64,000 nucleotides of DNA. Source: Candidatus Bathyarchaeia archaeon. Its GTDB lineage: Archaea; Thermoproteota; Bathyarchaeia; Bathyarchaeales; Bathycorpusculaceae. Within the stretch, counting starts at the first letter, position 1, and the number at the start of each line of letters is the position of its first letter. Position numbers and translations under genes: made by a program. The stretch spans positions 1 to 64,000 of the forward strand of contig JBEKOM010000005.1 in assembly GCA_049521795.1 (NCBI GenBank), in the 5' to 3' direction. This document shows, piece by piece, positions 55,992 to 64,000 of this stretch. The notes under the pieces are model-generated. The model did no database searches, had not been told where the DNA came from, and saw only the letters and a program-made list of their open reading frames with translations.

Positions 55992-57281
55992 ATGCCTGAG
56001 TTCAAGACCCTCCGCGGAATGAGAGACCTCTTGCCTGAAGATGCCAAGATGATGATATACGTTGAAGACCAAGCTAGAAAAACAGCTCGACTTTACGGGT
56101 ACAAAGAGATCATAACTCCGGTCGTTGAATCGTACGAGCTTCTTGCAGCCAAGGCAGGCGACGAAGTCAGGTCCAGAATGTTTGCATTCAAAGACCTAGG
56201 CGGGCGAGACGTCGCGTTGCGACCAGAGTTCACGGCTTCAATAGCAAGGCTCGTCGCCACGACCATGAGGAACGAGCCTAAGCCCTTCAGACTCTTCTGC
56301 ATGGGCACCGTGTACCGATACGATGAGCCGCAACGCGGGCGGTACAGAGAGATCTGGCAGTCCGACTACGAACTCATCGGTTCAAACAGACCTGAGGCAG
56401 ACGCTGAAGTAATCATGCTGACTGACGGTCTGATGCGGGAAGCAGGCCTCAAGAGGTTCGCTGTGAAAGTCGGTCATATTGGGGTCCTGAGAGGAATACT
56501 GGGCCAAGAAAGAGTGGGCGAAAAAGAGCAAAGCGCAATCATGCAACTAATGGACAAAAAGGAGTATGATAACGCCCTGAAGCTGGTAGAAGATGCCGGC
56601 GTCTCACCCAAATGCTTAGACGTTCTGCGCCGACTGGTCGAATGTAGAGGAACTGACGTTACAGAGGTTGTGAACAAGACAGAAGAGCTTGTTAAAGACT
56701 ACGAGAACTCCGTAATAGCAGCGGAAAACCTGCGGGAAACTCTGAAGCTTGTCTCCGAGAGCGGATGCAAGATCGACGCGACTGTTGACGCAGGCTTCGC
56801 CCGTGGGCTCGAGTACTACACGGGAATGATCTTTGAAGTCTACGTGCCAAGCATTGACGTCGCCCTCGGAGGCGGCGGGAGATATGACAAGCTTGTTGAG
56901 CTGTTCGGAGGAGAACCGACACCGGCCGTGGGAATTGCCCATGGAATTGACCGCATAGTGCTTGCATTGAAGATGCAGAAGACTGTGCTGAGAACGGGAA
57001 ATGAGAAGACTGTCGTTGTCGTTCCAATTAAAGAAGAGTTGAGAGCTGAGGCCTTGAAGATTTCGCGGATGCTCAGAGATGCTGGCATATTGGTTGAGGT
57101 TGAAGTGATGGGACGAAGGATGGCCAAGGCGTTGGAGGATGCTGACAGAAGGAAAATTGATTATGCGATAATCGTTGGAGAAAGAGAGCTAGCTGAAGGA
57201 GCCGTTGTTGTTCGCAACCTGGCTAAAAGACAGCAAAGCACGGTGAAAGTTGAAAAAGTGATAGATTTACTTAAGGGCTGA
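55992..57281 (+). CDS. hisS: Histidine--tRNA ligase
   Basis: RGMRD, LRPEFT, YRYDEPQRGRYRE, RGLEYYTG, GGGRYD. Confidence 0.98.
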   Translation: MPEFKTLRGMRDLLPEDAKMMIYVEDQARKTARLYGYKEIITPVVESYELLAAKAGDEVRSRMFAFKDLGGRDVALRPEFTASIARLVATTMRNEPKPFRLFCMGTVYRYDEPQRGRYREIWQSDYELIGSNRPEADAEVIMLTDGLMREAGLKRFAVKVGHIGVLRGILGQERVGEKEQSAIMQLMDKKEYDNALKLVEDAGVSPKCLDVLRRLVECRGTDVTEVVNKTEELVKDYENSVIAAENLRETLKLVSESGCKIDATVDAGFARGLEYYTGMIFEVYVPSIDVALGGGGRYDKLVELFGGEPTPAVGIAHGIDRIVLALKMQKTVLRTGNEKTVVVVPIKEELRAEALKISRMLRDAGILVEVEVMGRRMAKALEDADRRKIDYAIIVGERELAEGAVVVRNLAKRQQSTVKVEKVIDLLKG

Positions 57282-57758
57282 AGACTTCAGCGTGCGCTCT
57301 TCTCTCCTGAGGAAGTCACCTATGTCCGATATGTTCTTTATGACAACACTGTCCTCTTCCATGCCTAGGTCGGAGACTACTCTGCCGAAGCCCAAGCATT
57401 CATCATAACAGTTTAGCACCAGAACGTGATCGCCTTTCCTCGCTGGGCCGATAGCCTTCACTATTCCTCGTTTGAACACGTCTCTTCCACAGATGAACAA
57501 CCATTCCGTCTTCTTGTTGACGACAACTTCGTTTGCTTTCTTCTCTGCCATCATTCTCAACAGTTCAAAGCCGGGGAAGAATCTCCCATTCTTAACCTTC
57601 CCAAGGTACGTGCCCGCGTAGAAAAAGTCCTTCAAAGCCAACTTCTTCAAACTCGCGCTCAAAAGGAAATATCTGCTGCTCTTCTCCACGATCAGACTCT
57701 CGTCAAGGCTTATGCTTGCTCCAAACAGACTGACAAAATCATCTATTGGCTTTATCAT
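57267..57758 (-). CDS. NIP7-like PUA-domain ribosome biogenesis protein
   Basis: EWLFICGRDVF, CLGFG, DIGDFLRRE; start ATG 57758 overlaps the upstream stop. Confidence 0.85.
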   Translation of the reverse strand: MIKPIDDFVSLFGASISLDESLIVEKSSRYFLLSASLKKLALKDFFYAGTYLGKVKNGRFFPGFELLRMMAEKKANEVVVNKKTEWLFICGRDVFKRGIVKAIGPARKGDHVLVLNCYDECLGFGRVVSDLGMEEDSVVIKNISDIGDFLRREERTLKSSALK

Positions 57759-58645
57759 GCAGATTCGCTCTTCAAGAGTTTGCACACGAAGAAGCCCTGC
57801 GTTTGCCCCGGCCAAATCCTCATGCAATTCCGCACTGAACCGTCCAAATGATTTCCGAAGACTTCTGTCAGTCCTTCCTGTCCGTAACAACTGATTTCTT
57901 CAACTCTCATGTTTAGGCATCTGATTGCCCAGTCGATGTTCAGCTCATTTTCTTCAGGCTCCAAGGAGCATGTGGAATAGATGATTTCTCCATCGTTTTC
58001 CAGCATCTTGACCGTTTCTGTCAATATCTCTCTTTGCAGCGCCGCGTTTCTTTCCACGTCTTTGATCGTTCTTCTTTTGAACCAGTTCCTGTCTGTTGCG
58101 AAGTTTCCTGAGCATGGCATGTCGAGAAGTATTCGGTCAAAGGTTGTTTCCAGCTGTGATACGCGTCGTGCATCCAGCTGGTAGACTATTGTGTTCTTGA
58201 CTTGACATCTTTCCAGCTGGTTTGATAGGGCGGTGAGTCTCTGCCGGTTGATGTCGAGAGCCACTATTGCACCTGTGTTGTGCATGAGGTCTGCTAGCTG
58301 AGTGGTCTTGCCTCCTGGAGCCGCGCAGGCGTCGAGCACTGTCGCGTCCTTCAGTTCTGTGAAAAGCGTGGCTGGGATCTGAGCGGCTGCTTCTTGCATC
58401 GAGTACAAGCCTGACAGATACGCTGTTGTTGCGCCAGCAGAGAAACGAGACTCTTCAACCCAGTAGCCATTTTCGAGAAAGGGAACTTTCGTTAGCACGA
58501 GTCCCTGGTCTTGCAGTCTTCTTGCGAGGTCCAGCGATTTCTTGACGTTGGCAGAGTTGATTCTGATTGTCTTCTTCAGTTCGACAGTGTGGTATTTCCA
58601 GCCCAGTTTTCTGTAGCGGTCTATGAAGAACTCTTTGCTAGACAT
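57755..58645 (-). CDS. RsmB/NOP2 family RNA m5C methyltransferase
   Basis: LDACAAPGGKT, LLDMPCSG, YSTCSLEPEENE, GFFVCKL. Confidence 0.95.
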   Translation of the reverse strand: MSSKEFFIDRYRKLGWKYHTVELKKTIRINSANVKKSLDLARRLQDQGLVLTKVPFLENGYWVEESRFSAGATTAYLSGLYSMQEAAAQIPATLFTELKDATVLDACAAPGGKTTQLADLMHNTGAIVALDINRQRLTALSNQLERCQVKNTIVYQLDARRVSQLETTFDRILLDMPCSGNFATDRNWFKRRTIKDVERNAALQREILTETVKMLENDGEIIYSTCSLEPEENELNIDWAIRCLNMRVEEISCYGQEGLTEVFGNHLDGSVRNCMRIWPGQTQGFFVCKLLKSESA

Positions 58646-59188
58646 CAACGGTAGTTTGGAGAACTGCTCATAAAAGCTTGATGTAGGCGAAGCCCGCTGG
58701 CCGGTCGTTAAATTCGCAAAAAGCATATAACCAAAAGTATATACACTTTGCATATACAGTCGACGAGCATTATTGAAAACGGTGAGGCTTTTCAGGTTGG
58801 ATGCGGAGCCACCGAAGAACAGCAGCGTGTAGAAACACGAGCGATCCTGAGAAGGCTTGCAGTTCGGGAGAGACGCGTATCCTTTCAGAGTTCCTCCCCC
58901 GTTTTTATGGTAACGTTTTTGGTAATGTTGTGTGGTAACAAATCTTGAAGCGCGCGCTTCGACAGTCACCTCGTTTTCTGATTTCATCTGCTCTGGCCTT
59001 CAACTTTCTAGGCATGCCCTGAACCTTGCGACCGTCTCTTGCCAATCTTGTCTAAGCGAGATCTGTGATCTCAGGCACTTGGCGGTTTGGTTCTTGTGTT
59101 GCGTTGTTTTTCTGGGCGAGTTAGCGTCTAGTGTGACTGCTGTGCAAGTCTTAAATTATCAGGCAAGGAATAGCCTCGTAGGGGTTTG

Positions 59189-59638
59189 ATGAGCGAAAGA
59201 TACGCATTCGTTATGATGGTCATGGAGAAATGGTGGGTTGCGTTTTGCAGGCGTAGCGAAGAAGGAAAGAATGTTCATTCCTTTGTCATCAGGGGGGCGG
59301 CGCCGCCTAAGAGCACTTTGCTCATTCATTTTTACGTGACCAAGCCTGTTAGCGCGATCGCTGGTTACGCTCACTTCATCGAGCGCGTGGTGGGAAACCC
59401 GCAGGAGTTGTGGAGCAGGTTCGGAGGTGAATCGGTTCTCGGTTCCAATGCTCGATATGAGGAATTCGTTGGCAATACGTTGGAAGTGTCTTTTGTCAGG
59501 TTCAAGGATCTGAATGTAGCCGTGAACCCGATATCTCTCAGCCGTCTTCTCATGTTCTTAGGTGTCAAGAGGCTTTCGAGAAAAGGTTTCTACGTGAACA
59601 ACAAATTGTCTGATACGCTTATATCAATGATGGAATAG
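59189..59638 (+). CDS. ASCH/DUF365-like (PUA-fold) hypothetical protein
   Basis: FYVTKPVSAIAG.A...GNPQELWSRFG pattern resembles ASCH/EVE-like proteins. Confidence 0.55.
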   Translation: MSERYAFVMMVMEKWWVAFCRRSEEGKNVHSFVIRGAAPPKSTLLIHFYVTKPVSAIAGYAHFIERVVGNPQELWSRFGGESVLGSNARYEEFVGNTLEVSFVRFKDLNVAVNPISLSRLLMFLGVKRLSRKGFYVNNKLSDTLISMME

Positions 59639-59819
59639 ACAGAAACGGTTCCTGTCCGTTCACTGACGTTCCTGCAATCAATGGCAAAAAGTTAATAGGT
59701 CGCCGTTTTTACATGCATTTAGCTCATCTTCAGGCGTGACAATCAAGTATGTTTGTTGAACTCCGTACGAGCTACATCAGCGTTAGGCATTCTTCTCTTA
59801 GGGTAAAGAGGGTTTGACG

Positions 59820-62036
59820 ATGGTAAAGTATAGGCAGGTTGAAGAGATTCAGAAGTTGATGAATTATCCAGAAATGATCAGGAACACGAGCATCATCGCC
59901 CACGTGGATCATGGCAAGACCACTCTTTCAGACAGTCTTCTGGCCGCTGCAGGCATAATAAGCGAGCAGAGGGCAGGTCAGCAGCTTGCACTTGACTCGT
60001 GGGAGCTTGAGCAGAAGAGGCAGATGACAGTGTTTGCTTCAAACATCAGCCTAGCTCACACCTACGAGGGAAAAGAGTACCTGATCAACCTGATTGACAC
60101 GCCGGGGCACATTGACTTCAGCGGGGCGGTGACGAGAAGTTTGCGAGCCGTTGACGGGGCGCTGGTCGTTGTGGACGCTGTTGAAGGGCCTATGACTCAG
60201 ACTGAAACGGTTCTGATGCAAGCCTTGCGTGAGAGGGTGAAGCCGATTCTCTTCATAAACAAGGTTGACAGGCTCATTAAGGAGATAAAGCTGACGCCGG
60301 AGGAGATTCAGCGGAAGTTCGCCAAAATAATTACTAGAGTGAACGGCCTCATCGAAAAGTACGCGCCGGTCGAGCACAAGAAGGATTGGCAAGTCAAGGC
60401 TGAGAACGGGTCAGTGGCCTTCGGCTCAGCTCTTCACAAGTGGGGACTAAACCTGCCCCACATGAAGGCGAAAGGCGTAACCTTCAAGGACATCGTTGAC
60501 GCTTACCTCGGAGAAAAGGAAGAGATTGACAGGAAAGTCGACGCTTTAAGCAAGAGGGCACCGCTTGCCGAGCCTATACTGGACATGTTCGTCGAACACC
60601 TGCCCAACCCATTGCAGGCACAAGCGTTCAGACAGGGCCAAATCTGGCCAGGAGACCCGAACAGTCCAGTGGGCATTGGCATGGCCAAAGTGGATCCAAA
60701 GGGGCCCCTCTTGATGTGCATCTCAACTATTGAAGTTGACCCCAACCGCGGAGTCGTTGCCATCGGACGCGTTTTCAGCGGCACGGTTGAGAAGGGCAAA
60801 GTCGTTCAACTCATCACGGCCAGAGCGAAAGGCCCGATTCAACAGGTCTTCATGAGCATGGCTGTTGACAAGGTGATAATAGACAGGGTTCCGGCTGGAA
60901 ACATAGCGGCACTTTCTGGGCTGCCGTCTATGCACGTCGGCGAAACAGTCGCAGAAGACGGTGTGGAAACGCAGGCGTTCGAAGGGTTGAAGTACGTTTC
61001 GGACCCAGTGGTCACTGTCGCCGTGGAGCCTGTCGACGTCACGGAACTACCGCTCTTCGACAAGGTTATGCGCAAGCTGACAACCGAGGACCCGAACTTA
61101 CACTTCCTCATAAACAAGGAGAGCGGAGAGTACCTCCTCAGCGGCATGGGCGAACTGCACCTGGAAATCACGGCCTATCGAATGCAGGAAGCAAACCTCA
61201 AGGTGAAGACCAGCAAACCAATAGTGATTTACCGCGAAACGATCAGCCACGACTACAAGGGACCGGCAGTGATGGGCAAAAGTCCCAACAAACACAACAA
61301 ACTGTGGGTCACAATGGAGAAATTACCCGAAGAAGTGATCGAAGCGATAAAGGCTGGAAAGATATCCGAGATGCAGAGCAAAGACGACAGAGTAAAAATC
61401 CTTAAGGGGTTCGGCTGGGAAACAGACGACGCTAAGGGCGTCGTGGCGATCGAGGGCAACAACATTCTCGTCAACAGGATAAAGGGAAGACAATACGTAG
61501 ATGAAGTGATGGACCACATCAAATCAGGCTTCCGCGAAGCAACGTTCACCTCCGTGCTAGCAAAAGAACCCGCGTACGGGCTGAAGGTCAACCTGGAAGA
61601 CATCACGGTTCACGAGGACCCCGTGCACAGAGGACCAGCACAGATACTGCCCATGACTTGGCGACCAATCTGGTGCACCTTTCTGCTTAGCGACCCGAAG
61701 CTACTAGAACCGCTCATAAGCTTCGAATGCAAGGTTCCAAACCAGTTCGTGAGCAGCATCATCGCAACAGTTCAGAAACGCCGAGGCAAAATCCTAGACA
61801 TGACAAACGAAGAGGACATGATCATCGTCAAAGCAGAGATGCCCGTGTCTGAATCATTCGGTTTGGCCGAAGAGCTGCGCTCATCAACGGAGGGGAGAGC
61901 CTTCTGGGCCACACAGTTCAGCCGATGGGCTCAAGTTCCGGAGCAGATGCAGCCCGAAATAGTGAAGCAGATCCGCGAACGCAGAGGCTTAGCGCCGACT
62001 CCGCCGAGAGCAGAGGAGTTCTTCGAAGAAGCATAA
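59820..62036 (+). CDS. Elongation factor EF-2 family GTPase, probable paralog (aEF-2p)
   Basis: AHVDHGKTT, DTPGH, NKVD, GMGELHLE, HEDPVHRG; switch I RQMT; not adjacent to the S12/S7 genes. Confidence 0.92.
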   Translation: MVKYRQVEEIQKLMNYPEMIRNTSIIAHVDHGKTTLSDSLLAAAGIISEQRAGQQLALDSWELEQKRQMTVFASNISLAHTYEGKEYLINLIDTPGHIDFSGAVTRSLRAVDGALVVVDAVEGPMTQTETVLMQALRERVKPILFINKVDRLIKEIKLTPEEIQRKFAKIITRVNGLIEKYAPVEHKKDWQVKAENGSVAFGSALHKWGLNLPHMKAKGVTFKDIVDAYLGEKEEIDRKVDALSKRAPLAEPILDMFVEHLPNPLQAQAFRQGQIWPGDPNSPVGIGMAKVDPKGPLLMCISTIEVDPNRGVVAIGRVFSGTVEKGKVVQLITARAKGPIQQVFMSMAVDKVIIDRVPAGNIAALSGLPSMHVGETVAEDGVETQAFEGLKYVSDPVVTVAVEPVDVTELPLFDKVMRKLTTEDPNLHFLINKESGEYLLSGMGELHLEITAYRMQEANLKVKTSKPIVIYRETISHDYKGPAVMGKSPNKHNKLWVTMEKLPEEVIEAIKAGKISEMQSKDDRVKILKGFGWETDDAKGVVAIEGNNILVNRIKGRQYVDEVMDHIKSGFREATFTSVLAKEPAYGLKVNLEDITVHEDPVHRGPAQILPMTWRPIWCTFLLSDPKLLEPLISFECKVPNQFVSSIIATVQKRRGKILDMTNEEDMIIVKAEMPVSESFGLAEELRSSTEGRAFWATQFSRWAQVPEQMQPEIVKQIRERRGLAPTPPRAEEFFEEA

Positions 62037-62139
62037 AAAAAGACAAACGCCCATTCTCCACTTTTCGTTCGCTATCCCTGTCCACTCGCTTTCAGCAAAC
62101 CTTATTGATTTTGACATGTATACTTCTTGACGAATTACT

Positions 62140-62736
62140 ATGATAGTCGGCATCTGTGGCAGTCCGAGGAAACAGGCAACGGAACACGTGTTAAGGGAAG
62201 CATTAAACATGCTTGAAAAGAAGGGTTTCCAGACAGAATTCTTCACGGTCAGAGGCAAAAACATCGGCTTTTGTCAGCACTGCGACTATTGCATGAGAAG
62301 CAAAGAGTGCAAGCTGAAGGATGACATGTACACGCTTTATCCTTCACTCAGAGATGCTGAAGGACTGGTATTTGCGACGCCCGTCTACAACGGCGGAATA
62401 AGCGCACAGACAAAAGCGGTCATGGACAGATGCAGGGCTCTGTTTGCAGTTGACAAGAACGCTTTCAGGTGCAAGGTTGGGATGGCCATCGCCGTCGGAG
62501 GAGACAGGGCTGGAGGACAGGAGCTGGCGATCCAGCAGATCATAACGTTCTACGTTTTAAACGGGGTCATTCCAATCAGCGGAGGCGCCTTCGGAGCCAA
62601 CCTCGGTGCAACCTTCTGGTCAAAAGACACGTTGAAAGACGTAAAACAGGATGAAGAAGGCTTCCGAAGTCTGAGAAAAACGGTGACAAAGTTCGCAGAG
62701 TTTCTGAGAGAGTCTGAGGAGAGAAAACGAGTTTAG
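62140..62736 (+). CDS. Iron-sulfur flavoprotein (ISF/WrbA-like flavodoxin)
   Basis: GSPR, CQHCDYC-x5-C, TPVYNG, GGQE. Confidence 0.93.
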   Translation: MIVGICGSPRKQATEHVLREALNMLEKKGFQTEFFTVRGKNIGFCQHCDYCMRSKECKLKDDMYTLYPSLRDAEGLVFATPVYNGGISAQTKAVMDRCRALFAVDKNAFRCKVGMAIAVGGDRAGGQELAIQQIITFYVLNGVIPISGGAFGANLGATFWSKDTLKDVKQDEEGFRSLRKTVTKFAEFLRESEERKRV

Positions 62737-62747
62737 GGCGTGGAACC

Positions 62748-63338
62748 ACGAGCGCAGATCTGGCGAAAGCAGAAAAGAAGAGAAAAGTAGCTTGGGGAAT
62801 CACAGGCAGCGGCGACAGACTGGCAGAAACACTCAACGTCATGAAGGAATTAAGAGAGCGATACAAGAACGAGGTTGACATAAGAGTTTTTCTTTCAAAG
62901 GCCGGGGAACAGGTCGTCAGATGGTACAAACTGTACGATCAGCTCAAGCAAAACTTCGAAAAGGTTTGGGTTGAGTTCAATTCTAACTCGCCCTTTCTTG
63001 CCGGCGACTTAGAAGTGCGAGAGTACGAGTTCTTGTTGATTGCGCCTTCAACATCCAACACCGTGGCGAAAATCGCAGCCGGAATATCGGACACGCTGCT
63101 TTGCAACTCGGCGATCATGGCGTTGAAAGCCTCCGTTCCCGTGTATATTATGCCGAGCGATTACAAGGAAGGAGCAGTGGTCACAAGGCTTCCGAACGGA
63201 ACAGATTTCACGTTGAGGGTGAGAAGGGAAGACGCAGAAAACACGAGAAAGCTGGCCAGAATGGACTGCGTGTTCGTGCTTGAAAAACCTGAGGATGTCA
63301 ATCAGGTCTTCATGAAGCACTTCGGACCAAGAGAGTAA
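62748..63338 (+). CDS. afpA: Archaeoflavoprotein AfpA-like (HFCD family), non-canonical start
   Basis: KVAWGITGSGD upstream of the first ATG, VVRWYKL, IAPSTSNTVAKI..GISDTL, MPSD. Confidence 0.8.
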   Translation, partial: TSADLAKAEKKRKVAWGITGSGDRLAETLNVMKELRERYKNEVDIRVFLSKAGEQVVRWYKLYDQLKQNFEKVWVEFNSNSPFLAGDLEVREYEFLLIAPSTSNTVAKIAAGISDTLLCNSAIMALKASVPVYIMPSDYKEGAVVTRLPNGTDFTLRVRREDAENTRKLARMDCVFVLEKPEDVNQVFMKHFGPRE

Positions 63339-63362
63339 ATGAGAAGCCTTGGTGCATGAACA

Positions 63363-63632
63363 GTGGTCAGCTTTGCAGTGCTCGTGCTCCCGTTGATTGC
63401 CGGATTATTCTCCGGCTACTTGCTCCGCGAAAAAAGGAAAGTTAGCCTCGCCAAAGCCACGCTGGGCATCATTTTGATCCTGATCTTCTCACTTGGATTC
63501 ACCATAGGATCAAACAACGAACTGCTCGGTTCAATGTCTAGCGTCGGGCTCAGCGCGCTTCTAATGGCGTTGCTTGCCATCGGATTCAGCGTGCTTTTTG
63601 TAGCCTTGATAAGAAAACGGGTGAGAATATGA
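63363..63632 (+). CDS. LysO/DUF340 family small membrane subunit
   Basis: LIFSLGFTIGSN motif, 3 TM. Confidence 0.75.
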   Translation: MVSFAVLVLPLIAGLFSGYLLREKRKVSLAKATLGIILILIFSLGFTIGSNNELLGSMSSVGLSALLMALLAIGFSVLFVALIRKRVRI

Positions 63633-64000
63633 TTAAATTCATTTTAGCAGCCCTTGCGATCGGAGTGGTTGCGGGCTACGTAAACAACAATCTGGCGACC
63701 TTCGTTGCGAGCAGCTGGGTTACCGATTACTTGTTCTACGCTTCTCTTTTGGTGTTGCTTTTCGTGATGGGACTGTCGTTTGGAATTGATAAGGAGGCTG
63801 TAGCCAAGCTGAGGAGCAAGGGCCTCAAGATCCTTGTCGTTCCCGTCGTTGTTGCTTTGGGAAGCATCCTTGGTGGGCTGATCGGCGGGTTGATTCTCAG
63901 ACTAGACATATATGCGTCTATGGCCGTAACCGCCGGGTACGGTTGGTACACCTTGACGGGCCCCTTGATTAAACCGATTCTAGGAACTCAATGGGCCGCT
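63629..64000 (+). CDS. Lysine exporter LysO family protein (5' part, runs off window)
   Basis: ATGA overlap; MIKFILAALAIG...LLFVMG...AGYGWYTLTGP. Confidence 0.85.
   Translation, partial: MIKFILAALAIGVVAGYVNNNLATFVASSWVTDYLFYASLLVLLFVMGLSFGIDKEAVAKLRSKGLKILVVPVVVALGSILGGLIGGLILRLDIYASMAVTAGYGWYTLTGPLIKPILGTQWAA

Noticed and set aside
58646-58987. Long N-terminal extension of the RsmB/NOP2 ORF in the track
   Set aside because: No family similarity and it crosses promoter-like DNA; real start is near 58645

Overview
Archaeal chromosomal DNA, most likely Ca. Bathyarchaeia. This assignment is inferred from gene content: TiaS, Tsr3, archaeal AlaRS/LeuRS/HisRS, an EndA subunit, Nop2/NIP7, an AfpA-type flavoprotein, a stand-alone EF-2 paralog, a tRNA-Arg(UCU) with two BHB introns, and PAS/GAF histidine kinases with a NitrOD5-like remnant. 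Two accessory zones (about 1-26 kb and 45-49 kb) hold short stand-alone genes (GNATs, SAM methyltransferases, VOC proteins, hydrolase, TMEM175, MFS, DMT), pseudogenes and gene debris. These zones are punctuated by a recurring ~28-bp imperfect palindrome (GGTTTGGGGTA-AAGTTR-CATCCCAAACC) with 11-6-11, dif-like geometry, often just 3' of a stop codon. It is the best candidate for an undescribed cassette/recombination system, but no recombinase is encoded in the window. Other highlights: a complete translationally coupled NHEJ operon (LigD-POL, Ku, LigD LIG-PE, DUF72), an arsM arsenite-methylation locus with a divergent TrmB-family regulator carrying a C-terminal CC and a palindromic operator, a dTDP-sugar cluster, and two genes that appear to need non-canonical start codons. 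No CRISPR array, rRNA, transposase or integrase was recognised. All family calls are by eye from motifs; no searches were run.
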